43,198 bases of DNA from a bacterium (GTDB lineage: Bacteria > Bacillota > Clostridia > Christensenellales > UBA1242), in the NCBI GenBank assembly GCA_963621425.1, contig CAVFEO010000001.1, forward strand, positions 1-43,198, in the 5' to 3' direction. The notes under the pieces are model-generated. The model was not told where the DNA came from. It did no database searches and worked only from the letters and a program-made list of their open reading frames with translations. This document shows positions 9,881 to 18,776 of the stretch, piece by piece. The first letter of the stretch is position 1, and each line of letters starts with the position of its first letter. Made by a program: the position numbers and the translations under genes.

Positions 9881-9909
9881 TTGCATAAAAAAACTGTTTA
9901 TGGTATAAT
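9881..9909 (+). promoter_or_regulatory. sigma-A type promoter for the mscS-like gene
   Basis: TTGCAT (9881-9886), 17-nt spacer, TATAAT (9904-9909). Confidence 0.55.
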
Positions 9910-9952
9910 TTTTGCTGTTAAATAAAAAATAAAAAATAAGGAGTTATTAGTT

Positions 9953-10816
9953 ATGGAAAATGTATGTAATGCTGTAATTACATTTTTATCTGGCACGGGT
10001 TTACATATAGCGCAGGCTATTGTTGTTTTCCTTTTGGGCTTGCTTGTTATTAAGGCAATTGTTTCTGTAATAAAGCGTGGAATTATTCAGGGAACAAATA
10101 AAAAAACTGTTGCAACATTTGTAAGTTCAATTGTAAATGTTGTGTTAACATTTTTACTTGTTATTGTAGTGTTTAATATTTTGTCAATTCCAACAAGCGG
10201 ACTTATGGAACTACTATCTGCCTGTGTTCTTGCTGTGGGCTTATCTCTTAAAGATAGTGTTAGCCATATTGCAAGCGGGCTTATTATTGTTGCAACCAAT
10301 CCGTTTAAAGAAGGCGATTATGTTAAAATAAACGGGCTTGATGGTATTGTAAAATCTGTTAATATTTTTAATACACACATTAGAACTTTTGATAATAAAA
10401 TTGTAATTGTGCCAAATTCTAGCGTTGTTAGCAACAACATAGTTAATTATGATTCGCTTGCTACTCGTAGGGTGGATATTAAACTTACCGTTGCGTATGG
10501 AAGCGATTTAGATAAATGCAAAGAAGTGTTTGCAAAAACTGCAAGCAAAAATCCTAAGGTGTTAAAAGTTCCCGCACCATCTTTTGTTGTTACAGAGTAT
10601 AAAGATTCTAGCATAGAGTTCACTGCACGTGTTTGGACAAGAAAAGAAAATTATTGGGATGTAAATAACAGCCTAATGGAAGAATATTACAAAGATATGG
10701 TGGCGGAAGGTATTGATATACCATTTAATCAACTTGATGTTCATATCAAAGAAGAAAACACCGCTAAAAATACTAAAAAAGTGGATGTGAAAACAAATGA
10801 AAAGGAGGTTAAGTAA
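9953..10816 (+). CDS. small-conductance mechanosensitive channel (MscS family)
   Basis: 287 aa. Three N-terminal TM helices are followed by the MscS beta-domain signature PFKEGDYVKINGLDGIVKSVNIFNTHIRTFDNKIVIVPNS. Confidence 0.85.
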   Translation: MENVCNAVITFLSGTGLHIAQAIVVFLLGLLVIKAIVSVIKRGIIQGTNKKTVATFVSSIVNVVLTFLLVIVVFNILSIPTSGLMELLSACVLAVGLSLKDSVSHIASGLIIVATNPFKEGDYVKINGLDGIVKSVNIFNTHIRTFDNKIVIVPNSSVVSNNIVNYDSLATRRVDIKLTVAYGSDLDKCKEVFAKTASKNPKVLKVPAPSFVVTEYKDSSIEFTARVWTRKENYWDVNNSLMEEYYKDMVAEGIDIPFNQLDVHIKEENTAKNTKKVDVKTNEKEVK

Positions 10817-10821
10817 GATAA

Positions 10822-11265
10822 ATGCAAAACTTTCTTTTAGATATTGTTATGCCAGATAATATTTGGCAAATGGTGGTTTGGTATTTATTACTTGTTGTAT
10901 GTACAATACTATATTTGGTTGTAAGACACAAGAAAAGAAGCAAAAAACGCAATGAGCTTTTACAAGAAAAAATTAACGCAATAGAAGAAATAAAAGAACA
11001 AATGATGAGAGATAAATCGCCAAATAAAAAAGATTTATATTCTGCAACATTTACACTTGCTTCAATTGCAGAATATTGCAAACAAACCTTTGAAGTTAGC
11101 CAATTTGTTGTTTATGATGAGGCAGGTAAAAATTTGGATAAAGCAGGAGATTTGGTTAAAAAATTAGATGTTAAAAAATGGAAGGATGACAAAACCAACC
11201 ACGATAAAACTCTTATTGTTGAACTATTAGATAATGCTGTGCAATATTTAAGCCAAGCATTATAA
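10822..11265 (+). CDS. hypothetical membrane-anchored protein (147 aa)
   Basis: One N-terminal TM helix (WQMVVWYLLLVVCTILYLVV) is followed by a charged soluble region. Lies 5 nt after the mscS stop and is followed by a terminator. Confidence 0.55.
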   Translation: MQNFLLDIVMPDNIWQMVVWYLLLVVCTILYLVVRHKKRSKKRNELLQEKINAIEEIKEQMMRDKSPNKKDLYSATFTLASIAEYCKQTFEVSQFVVYDEAGKNLDKAGDLVKKLDVKKWKDDKTNHDKTLIVELLDNAVQYLSQAL

Positions 11266-11274
11266 AAAATAAAA

Positions 11275-11301
11275 ACCTAGTTAATTTTACTAGGCTTTTT
11301 T
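11275..11301 (+). terminator. rho-independent terminator
   Basis: Stem CCTAGT (11276-11281) / ACTAGG (11289-11294) plus a T-run. Confidence 0.65.
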
Positions 11302-11324
11302 ATTTGTATTTAGCAAAAAGTGGC

Positions 11325-11584
11325 TTAACGAGTTTTTGTTTTGCCCCAATTTTCTACTTTTTTTAGACTGACAATTTCAGTATATTCTTTGCAAAATTTT
11401 TTTCTATTTATTACATAGTTTAATTCTTTTTCTAGTTTGTGCACTTTGCCCATGCGTGCGTTGTTGTCGCATGCGTTATAAAATTTTGTTCTTAACTTAT
11501 ATTCTTCCCTTTCTAGTTGGCTAATAGTGCATTTATCATATTTTTTGCCAATTGCCTTTTGTAATAATTATCAATTAATTTCAT
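11325..11584 (-). pseudogene. candidate small gene (~86 aa) disrupted by a 1-nt frame shift at an A4 run
   Basis: The ATG at 11584 follows an AAAGGAAAA RBS and reads MKLIDNYYK. A second frame is open from 11567 to the TAA at 11325 (LQKAIGKKYDKCTISQLEREEYKL...WGKTKTR). The two frames meet at AAAA (11557-11560). Confidence 0.3.
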
Positions 11585-11673
11585 ATATTTTCCTTTTGTT
11601 TAATTTGGTCTTTATACTCATAATTTTTTGGCATATTAACAATAATAAAAGCCATTTCTTGTTTTTTGTTTCC

Positions 11674-12765
11674 TTACACATTAAATTTAAATAGCACAAC
11701 ATCGCCATCTTGCATAACATATTCTTTGCCTTCGCTTCTAACTTTGCCGGCTTCTTTTGCCTGCAAAAATCCACCGCAAGCAATTAAATCGTCATAACTT
11801 ACAACATCAGCCTTAATAAATCCGCGTTCAAAATCTGTGTGGATTACGCCTGCTGCTTGTGGCGCTTTTGTTCCGCGCTTAATTGTCCAAGCACGCACTT
11901 CTTTTTCGCCTGCTGTTAGGTAAGAAATTAAGCCAAGTAGTTCATATGATGCCTTAATTAACTTATCAAGTCCGCTTTCTGTAATGTGCAAATCGTCCAT
12001 AAACATTTGTCTTTCATCTTCATCAAGTCCGTTTAATTCTTCTTCAACTTTAGCACAAATGCAAATTACTTGAGCTTGCTCTAGTTTAGCAAGTTCTTTT
12101 AGTGCAATTACATTAATGTTATCTGGTGCATTTATATCTTTTTCGCCAACATTTGCAACATAAATAACTGGTTTGCTCGTTAGTAGAAAAAATGTTTTCA
12201 TAAGAGCTTTTTCTTCATCATTTAAGTGCATTGTGCGTGCTGGTTGTTCTGCTTCTAGTTGAATTTTAACTTTGTTAAGTAGATTAACTTCTGCCTCGTA
12301 ACTTTTGTCGCCACCTTTAAAAAGTTTTGTGCTTTTTTCTAGTTTTTTGGTAACCGTTTCAAGGTCTGCTAAAATTAATTCCAAATTAATTGTCTTAACA
12401 TCACGCACAGCATCAATACTGCCATCAACATGAATTATTTTTGCATTTTCGTGGCACCTTACAACATGCACAATAGCATCACATTCTCTTATGTGGCTTA
12501 AAAACTTATTTCCAAGGCCTTCACCTTGGCTAGCCCCCTTAACAAGCCCTGCAATATCTACAAATTCAATAACAGCAGGGGTTACCTTTTTAGCGGAATA
12601 CATTTTTTCAAGCACGCCAAGCCTTTCATCTGGTACGGCGACAACACCAACATTGGGCTCTATTGTACAAAAAGGGTAGTTGGCACACTCTGCGCCCGCC
12701 TTTGTTATTGCATTAAATAGTGTGCTTTTACCAACATTAGGTAAGCCTACAACTCCAAGTTTCAT
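11674..12765 (-). CDS. ychF: redox-regulated ATPase YchF (Obg-family GTPase)
   Basis: Start set at [19 protein letters not shown] (ATG at 12765, AAAGGAG RBS). Has a G1 P-loop, a coiled-coil insert and a C-terminal TGS/YchF domain ([25 protein letters not shown]). Confidence 0.95.
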   Translation of the reverse strand: MKLGVVGLPNVGKSTLFNAITKAGAECANYPFCTIEPNVGVVAVPDERLGVLEKMYSAKKVTPAVIEFVDIAGLVKGASQGEGLGNKFLSHIRECDAIVHVVRCHENAKIIHVDGSIDAVRDVKTINLELILADLETVTKKLEKSTKLFKGGDKSYEAEVNLLNKVKIQLEAEQPARTMHLNDEEKALMKTFFLLTSKPVIYVANVGEKDINAPDNINVIALKELAKLEQAQVICICAKVEEELNGLDEDERQMFMDDLHITESGLDKLIKASYELLGLISYLTAGEKEVRAWTIKRGTKAPQAAGVIHTDFERGFIKADVVSYDDLIACGGFLQAKEAGKVRSEGKEYVMQDGDVVLFKFNV

Positions 12766-12854
12766 ATTTTGCTCCTTTAAATCATATTTGTATTTAAGAT
12801 TATACAAAAAAGCAATATTAGTGTCAAGCATTTGCGTGCATAGTGGGGGATTTT

Positions 12855-13613
12855 ATGACAACATTTCAAGCAGTTATTTTGGGGTTAGTTCAGGGTTTAA
12901 CAGAATTTTTGCCAGTATCTAGTTCGGGGCATTTAGTTATGATAGAGCAGTGGTTTAATTTAAGTGAAGAAATGTTTTTAACCATAGCCTTGCATGCGGG
13001 TACATTGTTTGCGGTGCTATATCTTTATAGAAAGCAGGTTTGGTTTATGCTAACACATCCGTTTAGTCCGCTATCTAAAAAAATAATGCTTGCAAGTGTG
13101 CCAACTGTTATAATAGTACTAGCTCTTAAAGGTGTTGCGCCGAGCATATTTTCTTCTTGCTTTTACATTGTCGGCTTTGCCATAACTGCGGTTGTTTTAA
13201 TTGTAACAGAGTGTTTAGCACGCACAAAAAAATGCGGACAAGTTGGCTATAAATCAAGCATAATAATTGGCATTGCACAAGGGCTTGCGTGTTTGCCGGG
13301 CATCTCGCGTTCTGGCTCTACAATATGCGCTGGAATTCTTTGCGGTGAAGATAAAAAAAGTGTTGCAGATTTTTCTTTTTTGCTATCAATTCCAATAATT
13401 TTTGCATCAATTTTATACGAGTTGATATTTAATTTTAATGCAACTTCAATACCTGTTTTACCGCTACTTATTGGTATGCTAACATCTTTTATTTCTGGTT
13501 TATTTGCAATTAAGTTAATGCTAAAACTTGTTAAAAAAAGCAAACTGTATTATTTTTCTATTTATTTGTTTATATTGTCTTTTTTACTTGTGATTTTTAA
13601 TTTTTACTGCTAA
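12855..13613 (+). CDS. uppP: undecaprenyl-diphosphate phosphatase (BacA/UppP)
   Basis: Signature LGLVQGLTEFLPVSSSGHL and a second motif GISRSGSTI. Polytopic membrane protein. The ATG at 12855 is preferred over the GTG at 12843. Confidence 0.9.
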   Translation: MTTFQAVILGLVQGLTEFLPVSSSGHLVMIEQWFNLSEEMFLTIALHAGTLFAVLYLYRKQVWFMLTHPFSPLSKKIMLASVPTVIIVLALKGVAPSIFSSCFYIVGFAITAVVLIVTECLARTKKCGQVGYKSSIIIGIAQGLACLPGISRSGSTICAGILCGEDKKSVADFSFLLSIPIIFASILYELIFNFNATSIPVLPLLIGMLTSFISGLFAIKLMLKLVKKSKLYYFSIYLFILSFLLVIFNFYC

Positions 13614-13662
13614 AAACATCAAAAAATAGTTATTTGCAATAAAAAATATCTTATAATTTTAT

Positions 13663-13691
13663 TTGCAAAAATCTAATGTTTATTGTATAAT
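13663..13691 (+). promoter_or_regulatory. sigma-A type promoter (extended -10) abutting the start codon of the SipW-like gene
   Basis: TTGCAA (13663-13668), 17-nt spacer ending in TG, TATAAT (13686-13691). ATG codons lie at 13692 and 13698, and no SD is present. Confidence 0.5.
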
Positions 13692-13697
13692 ATGCTT

Positions 13698-14312
13698 ATG
13701 AAAAAAAATAAAAAAATAGGCAGATTAATTGTTAACACAATTTTAATTGTTGTTTTGGTTGCAATAATTATTATGGTGTGTTGTAACATAGTTATGAACA
13801 TACAAAAAAGCCACGGCAGTAGAACTCCAAACATATTTGGTTATGCATCTGTTTGCGTGCAAGATAATGCTTTAAGCCCAGATGTTAAAGATGGCGACTT
13901 TATTGTAATTCAACTTACAAGAGAAGTTAAAGAAGGCGATATTATAACTTATATTGCAGATAACAATGTAGATTACGAAACTAAAAAAATTGTAAAAGTT
14001 GTGTACGATTCTAACAACCAATATGTAAGGCAATATATAGTTGCAACAAGTGATGGTGCTCAATCTGTTGTTGTGCCAACAAGGCTATACGGCAAGGTTT
14101 GTGTAAACTTTTCTGGGTTAGCACCAGTTGTAAAATTTTTTAACAGTGTGCCCGGTACAAGTTTGTTAATTGCTCTTGCGTTAATTGTTATATTTTATCC
14201 AGATATTATTGCGTTATTTAAGCGTGATAAAAAAAAGAGTAGTGCAGAAGAAGGCTCTGCAAGTGACAGTGCAGAAGAAAATAAAGAAGAAATTAAAGAA
14301 AATAATAAATAA
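13698..14312 (+). CDS. SipW/Sec11-type signal peptidase I homologue lacking the catalytic residues (pseudo-peptidase); start uncertain (13683/13692/13698)
   Basis: An N-terminal TM helix is followed by NIFGYASVCVQDNALSPDVKDGDFIVI, which is colinear with SipW LFGYQPFVVLSGSMEPTIHTGSLILV. There is a second TM helix near the C-terminus and a K/E/S-rich tail. Confidence 0.55.
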   Translation: MKKNKKIGRLIVNTILIVVLVAIIIMVCCNIVMNIQKSHGSRTPNIFGYASVCVQDNALSPDVKDGDFIVIQLTREVKEGDIITYIADNNVDYETKKIVKVVYDSNNQYVRQYIVATSDGAQSVVVPTRLYGKVCVNFSGLAPVVKFFNSVPGTSLLIALALIVIFYPDIIALFKRDKKKSSAEEGSASDSAEENKEEIKENNK

Positions 14313-14316
14313 AAAA

Positions 14317-14343
14317 CACCTAGCGTTATTGCTAGGTTTTTTA
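14317..14343. terminator. bidirectional terminator
   Basis: Stem ACCTAGC (14318-14324) / GCTAGGT (14331-14337), flanked by an A-run and a T-run. Confidence 0.7.
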
Positions 14344-14853
14344 TAATGTTTGTTCGCTTTGTTGCGTAGCAGTTACAGAATTTTTAACATTGGCTAATTC
14401 TTTACCAGTATATTCAGTTATGCTTTCTATTAGATTCTTTTTACATAAAAATTTTATAATTTCTTTTTCTCTTTCAAGTTTATTTGAAGATATTCCATTG
14501 TTTATTTCTTTAAGGGCATTTAACATATTTGTTGGTGTAATACCACTATAATATTTTGATATACGCATATTTTTTTCGCTAAAATAATTTGGCACTTCAG
14601 AAAGAACTACTTTACCATATTCGTTTAAAGTGTGCCTTTCATAAACAAGATTATCTAAACCAATATGCCAACCTAAGTTATTTGTTGCACCAGTTGCAAA
14701 AAGAGCAAAAAGGTTACCTTCTCCAAAAGTTAACATTAATTGCAAAGTCCCTTCGTCAATAATATGCCTAGTGTTATCATTTATAAAAGCAACAACATAC
14801 CATTTATCTGCTTGTTCTGTTTTTCTAGTTTTTTTAAACTTAAATAATTTCAT
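14341..14853 (-). CDS. hypothetical protein (170 aa)
   Basis: AAAGAGG RBS. No recognisable motif. Bracketed by terminators on both sides. Confidence 0.55.
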   Translation of the reverse strand: MKLFKFKKTRKTEQADKWYVVAFINDNTRHIIDEGTLQLMLTFGEGNLFALFATGATNNLGWHIGLDNLVYERHTLNEYGKVVLSEVPNYFSEKNMRISKYYSGITPTNMLNALKEINNGISSNKLEREKEIIKFLCKKNLIESITEYTGKELANVKNSVTATQQSEQTL

Positions 14854-14921
14854 TATATACCTCTTTATTTAGTATAGGTTATCAACGCTAAAAAGTCAAG
14901 TTTAGAACAAGAATATTTAGC

Positions 14922-14948
14922 CAATAAAAAAATGGCAATACGCCATTT
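14922..14948 (-). terminator. rho-independent terminator after veg
   Basis: Minus-strand hairpin AATGGC / GCCATT (14931-14947) followed by a U-run (complement of 14924-14930). Confidence 0.6.
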
Positions 14949-15171
14949 AAATAATTTTTACATCACCACAAAGCACATCAGAATAAGAATATGTTTTTGT
15001 GTTGCCTTCTGTATCTAAAAAAGTAAAAACACTTGGGTATACGCTTTGAATAGAGCCAGAAAAAGTTTTAATTTTTTTTCTGCCCGTGTTTACTTCTAAA
15101 TCAATATGTTCACCTTTAAGGCGCATAATCTGCTCCTTAATATCCGTTATTTCGTTTGGCATTTTTCGCAT
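14947..15171 (-). CDS. veg: Veg protein (DUF1021 family)
   Basis: 74 aa from the ATG at 15171 (AAAGAGGTG RBS). Colinear with B. subtilis Veg: L.DIK..i...G..i.L..N.GR.K....G.i...YPSVF......E......SYSY.DVL. Confidence 0.8.
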   Translation of the reverse strand: MRKMPNEITDIKEQIMRLKGEHIDLEVNTGRKKIKTFSGSIQSVYPSVFTFLDTEGNTKTYSYSDVLCGDVKII

Positions 15172-15309
15172 ATAAATCACCTCTTTATTTTTTTGAGCCA
15201 TAAGCAACAATACATTTTTGCCAAAAATTAGCAAATTTATACATAAGTGAGCAATTAAAAAGATTTTTGTTTAATAAATATTTGCATAAATTGTATAAAG
15301 CAACATAAA

Positions 15310-15318
15310 CATACACTA
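15310..15318 (+). promoter_or_regulatory. possible mother-cell sigma (sigE/sigK-type) -10 element upstream of SipL-like gene
   Basis: CATACACTA matches both CATACAhT (sigE) and CATAnnnTA (sigK) -10 consensus. It lies 24 nt before the ATG at 15342, with AAAGGGTGG between them. No convincing -35 was found. Confidence 0.3.
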
Positions 15319-15341
15319 GCAAAAATTAAAAGGGTGGGTTT

Positions 15342-16880
15342 ATGGAAAGTATAATATTTAATAGCAAAAAATATATTGGTAGAAAGCAAATTGTGTTAGA
15401 TTGCAAATTCAGCATAGATTCTTCTAGTGTTGTAGAAAAAGTGCTATCAATTCAGGCAAAACCAATAATTTTAAATTCAAGGTGTGAAGATGGTAAGGTT
15501 ATTTTTGGCGGTAAGTTAGATACAACTTTTATATATATTGCGCAAAACGGGCAAAAAATGTGCCTTGTTAATGTGTCAGAATTTTCGCAAAGTTTTGAAA
15601 ACAGTGCAATTCAAAGTGGGGATGATGCTTGTTTGGAATGCAAAGTGGTGGATATCACAACGCCAAGTGTTAAAACAAACGAGGTTAAAGTTGCTTGCAT
15701 AATTGATGTTAGTGTAAGCGTTATAAAAAACAAAGAAGTTTGCACTCAAATTAATTGCGACCAAGAACAAATTCAAAGTCAAGATATAATAATAATGGCG
15801 CTAAAAGAAAAATTAAACGGCAGTTTTGACTTAATTGAAGAAATTAAAATAGATGGCGGGGTGAACAAGGTGCTTAAAGTAGATGCCCACGCCTGCGTGC
15901 GGGATGCTATTTGTAATGCAGGATTTATCGCACTTGATATGTGCGTTTCTGTAAATACAATTTATGTTGATGACTTTGATAATATTGCAGTAAACAAACA
16001 TACTTTTGATGTAAGGCAAGAAGTGGAGTGTAATTCCTCTAATTTAGATAGCTCTTGTTGCATAAAGGTTGTTCCGCTTAACTATTTAATTAAATCTATT
16101 GTAACGCAGGGAGATGGTTTTAATACAATAAAAGTGCAAATTCCTATGCAATATAACGGGGAAGTGTATGCAAATACATGTGAAAGCGTTGTGCAAGATG
16201 CTTATTCTTTAAGCCAAATAACAAAAGTAGAAAAGTGCGAAGAAGAGTATATTTGTGCCTGCAAAAATGCCTATTATGAAGCAACTTGCACTGGCGAAGT
16301 TGATGCCTATGATGATGGAGCGGAAGTTGTGTGCGTGTTAGATGTTAGTGCAGAGGTTACAAACCATATTCTAAATGGCGAAAGGCTTGATGCTGAGGGG
16401 GTTATTAGTGCAACAGTTCTATGCAAAAAAACCGAAAATAGTGTAGATGAAAACGGAGAAGAAAGGCAAGAAGTTGTGTTGCAACCAGTGCGTGCAGATT
16501 TCGCTTTTGCTACAAGTTTTTCTGCTGGTGAAATTGCTGGGTGTGATGATGTAGTGCTTTTTTGTGATGTGCTAGATGCTAATAGTTTAGTTGGTGGCGG
16601 GAAGTTAAACACAACAATAAAACTTGGAGTTTGGGTACACGCTCAAATGCAAAATGTTTGTTCTGTTGTGAAAAGCGTAGTAGCCGAAAGCGAAAGATCA
16701 CCAAAAGAATGTGCTATGGAAATTTTTGTAAATAACGAAGACCAAGATTTGTGGGAACTTTGCAAGCAAGCAGGGCTTGAGAGGCAAGAAGTGTTAAAAC
16801 AAAATCCGCAATTAGAAAGCACAGTAGAAAAAGGAGCAAAGATATTTGTGTATTACCCAATTAAAATACAAAATAAATAA
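15342..16880 (+). CDS. DUF3794-type protein with C-terminal LysM-like domain; SipL-like spore morphogenetic protein candidate
   Basis: 512 aa, Cys/Val/Asp-rich and beta-rich. The C-terminus DLWELCKQAGLERQEVLKQNPQLESTVEKGAKIFVYYP fits the LysM pattern. Size and architecture resemble C. difficile SipL, and the gene is adjacent to veg. Confidence 0.5.
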   Translation: MESIIFNSKKYIGRKQIVLDCKFSIDSSSVVEKVLSIQAKPIILNSRCEDGKVIFGGKLDTTFIYIAQNGQKMCLVNVSEFSQSFENSAIQSGDDACLECKVVDITTPSVKTNEVKVACIIDVSVSVIKNKEVCTQINCDQEQIQSQDIIIMALKEKLNGSFDLIEEIKIDGGVNKVLKVDAHACVRDAICNAGFIALDMCVSVNTIYVDDFDNIAVNKHTFDVRQEVECNSSNLDSSCCIKVVPLNYLIKSIVTQGDGFNTIKVQIPMQYNGEVYANTCESVVQDAYSLSQITKVEKCEEEYICACKNAYYEATCTGEVDAYDDGAEVVCVLDVSAEVTNHILNGERLDAEGVISATVLCKKTENSVDENGEERQEVVLQPVRADFAFATSFSAGEIAGCDDVVLFCDVLDANSLVGGGKLNTTIKLGVWVHAQMQNVCSVVKSVVAESERSPKECAMEIFVNNEDQDLWELCKQAGLERQEVLKQNPQLESTVEKGAKIFVYYPIKIQNK

Positions 16881-16962
16881 TTATAATGTATCTACTCTAT
16901 ATTATTAATGTTAAAGTAAAAGGCTATATGCCGTGTTACATAATTAAAAAGATAAAAATAAA

Positions 16963-16992
16963 AACATCTACCAAACGGGGTAGATGTTTTTT
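16963..16992 (+). terminator. rho-independent terminator after SipL-like gene
   Basis: Stem ACATCTACC (16964-16972) / GGTAGATGT (16979-16987) plus a T-run. Confidence 0.75.
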
Positions 16993-17016
16993 ATGCTAAT
17001 AAAATTATTGTTTGAA

Positions 17017-17044
17017 AAATGGTGGTCAAAAAAAGAGCAAATGC
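17017..17044. terminator. bidirectional terminator serving hup
   Basis: Stem AGAGCA (17024-17029) / TGCTCT (17032-17037), flanked by A7 and T7 runs. Confidence 0.65.
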
Positions 17045-17058
17045 TCTTTTTTTAAAAC

Positions 17059-17334
17059 CTATGCAACTAAAGTTTTAAAGCTACTGCTAAATTTGAACTT
17101 TGGAACATTCTTTGCAGGAGTTTTAACTACATCACCAGTTTTAGGGTTCTTAACGCTACCAGCTGCTTTTTTCTTTAATTCAAAAGAACCAAAGCCAGCA
17201 AGGATAATTTTGCCAGAACCTTTTAGGCCTTTGTAAATAGCACCTACAAAAGCGTCATAAGCTTTTTCAGCATCTTTTAGTGATGAAAAACCACCTTCTT
17301 GTTGAATTTCTTTTAAGAATTCTGTTTTATTCAT
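17059..17334 (-). CDS. hup: HU family DNA-binding protein
   Basis: 91 aa. MNKTEF...GFGSFELKKKAAGSVKNPKTGDVVKTPAKNVPKFKFSSSFK is the typical HU arm. TAGGAGA RBS. Confidence 0.9.
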   Translation of the reverse strand: MNKTEFLKEIQQEGGFSSLKDAEKAYDAFVGAIYKGLKGSGKIILAGFGSFELKKKAAGSVKNPKTGDVVKTPAKNVPKFKFSSSFKTLVA

Positions 17335-17458
17335 AAATTTGATCTCCTATGAATTTTATTAGCTTTACGCTATATTAAAATTAGCAAATTTTTCATAAAA
17401 TTGCAAAGAAAATTATGGAATTTTCGTATTTTTTTGCCTATTTAGCACCATTTTTGGG

Positions 17459-18556
17459 CTATTTTGGGGTATTTTTATAAATTTTTCCACCAGAAATTGT
17501 AAACATTTGAGCATCAAGGTCTTTAAATTCCCAATCAGTTGTGGTTATTATGCACTGCAAATTGTGGCATTTTACTATAAGTTTTGCACGCCTTTCTTCA
17601 TCTAATTCGCTAAGCACATCATCAAGAAGGAGTATTGGTTCTTCGCCAAACTCTGCCTTAAAAAGTTCAATTTCTGCAAACTTTAACGCAAGTGAAGCTG
17701 TGCGCTGTTGCCCTTGAGAGCCGTATAGGCGAAGGTCTTTTCCGTCAAGCGTTATTTTAATATCATCTTTATGTGGACCAATAGAGGTATGGCCAAGAGA
17801 GAAGTCTTTTTCTAAATTGGTTTGGTATAGTTTTAAAAGTTCCTCTTTAAGCAGTGCTTTGTTTTCTTCATTTATACCATCATAACTAATATCAAGTTTT
17901 TCTTTGTTGCCACTTAAGTCAAAATGAGCTTGTCTTGCTAGTGGCGAAAGTTTTTTCAAAAACCTAATGCGCGAAATAATTATGTTGCTTGCATATTCAG
18001 ATAACTGCTCGTCCCAAACAAAAACAGATTGCTTAACTTCTTCAATAGAGGAGGCATTTTTTAAAAGTTTGTTGCGTTCTTGTAAAACGGTGTTGTACTT
18101 GTTTAAGTTCGTAAAATAAAATTTAGAAGCCTGCGATATATCTATATCCATAAATTTTCTTCTATCAATAGGGGCTTCTTTTATAAGTTTAAGGTCCTCA
18201 GGGAAAAAGTATATCAAATTAACTTCGCCAATTAATTCGCTTAAACTTTTAATGCTAACGCCATTAATTAAAATAATTTTTTTACCATCTTTAGTTAGTT
18301 TAAAAGTTATTTCGCATTTTCTGTATGCCTTTTGATATTTAATTTTTATAATAGAAAAATCTGCATCCCACATAATGCATTCTTTTATTTTACTAACCCT
18401 TGGGCTTTTGCCAATGCCAGAAATAAAAATGCTTTCAAGTAAGTTTGTTTTACCTTGTGCATTTTTACCACAAAACACATTTAAGCCGTTAGTTAATTCT
18501 ATTTTTTCTTTTTTTAAATTTCTAAAATTTTGAACTTCTAAACTTGTAATAAACAT
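17459..18556 (-). CDS. recF: DNA replication/repair protein RecF
   Basis: 365 aa. N-terminus L.V.NFRNL, Walker A GKNAQGKTNLLESI, signature GSQGQQRTASLALK, Walker B ILLLDDVLSELD. Confidence 0.95.
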   Translation of the reverse strand: MFITSLEVQNFRNLKKEKIELTNGLNVFCGKNAQGKTNLLESIFISGIGKSPRVSKIKECIMWDADFSIIKIKYQKAYRKCEITFKLTKDGKKIILINGVSIKSLSELIGEVNLIYFFPEDLKLIKEAPIDRRKFMDIDISQASKFYFTNLNKYNTVLQERNKLLKNASSIEEVKQSVFVWDEQLSEYASNIIISRIRFLKKLSPLARQAHFDLSGNKEKLDISYDGINEENKALLKEELLKLYQTNLEKDFSLGHTSIGPHKDDIKITLDGKDLRLYGSQGQQRTASLALKFAEIELFKAEFGEEPILLLDDVLSELDEERRAKLIVKCHNLQCIITTTDWEFKDLDAQMFTISGGKIYKNTPK

Positions 18557-18776
18557 CTTAAATTCCTACAATAATTAAATTAACACAATTACACTTATTT
18601 TGTCAAATTAATTTTATAATGTGCATTTTTAATTATTGTTAAAAAAAACTATAAAAACTTATGCTGATTACTTGCAAAAAATCATTATATTTTGTATATT
18701 TATATTGATTTTAACAAATAATTATATCACAATTTTAATTTCAAATAAAAAATTAAAATAAAAAAGAGGATCATAT

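Noticed and set aside
18557-18776. 220-nt AT-rich region upstream of recF, considered as a possible oriC or DnaA-box cluster.
   Set aside because: No sequence within one mismatch of TTATCCACA was seen, and dnaA/dnaN are not adjacent. It is more simply a divergent promoter region.
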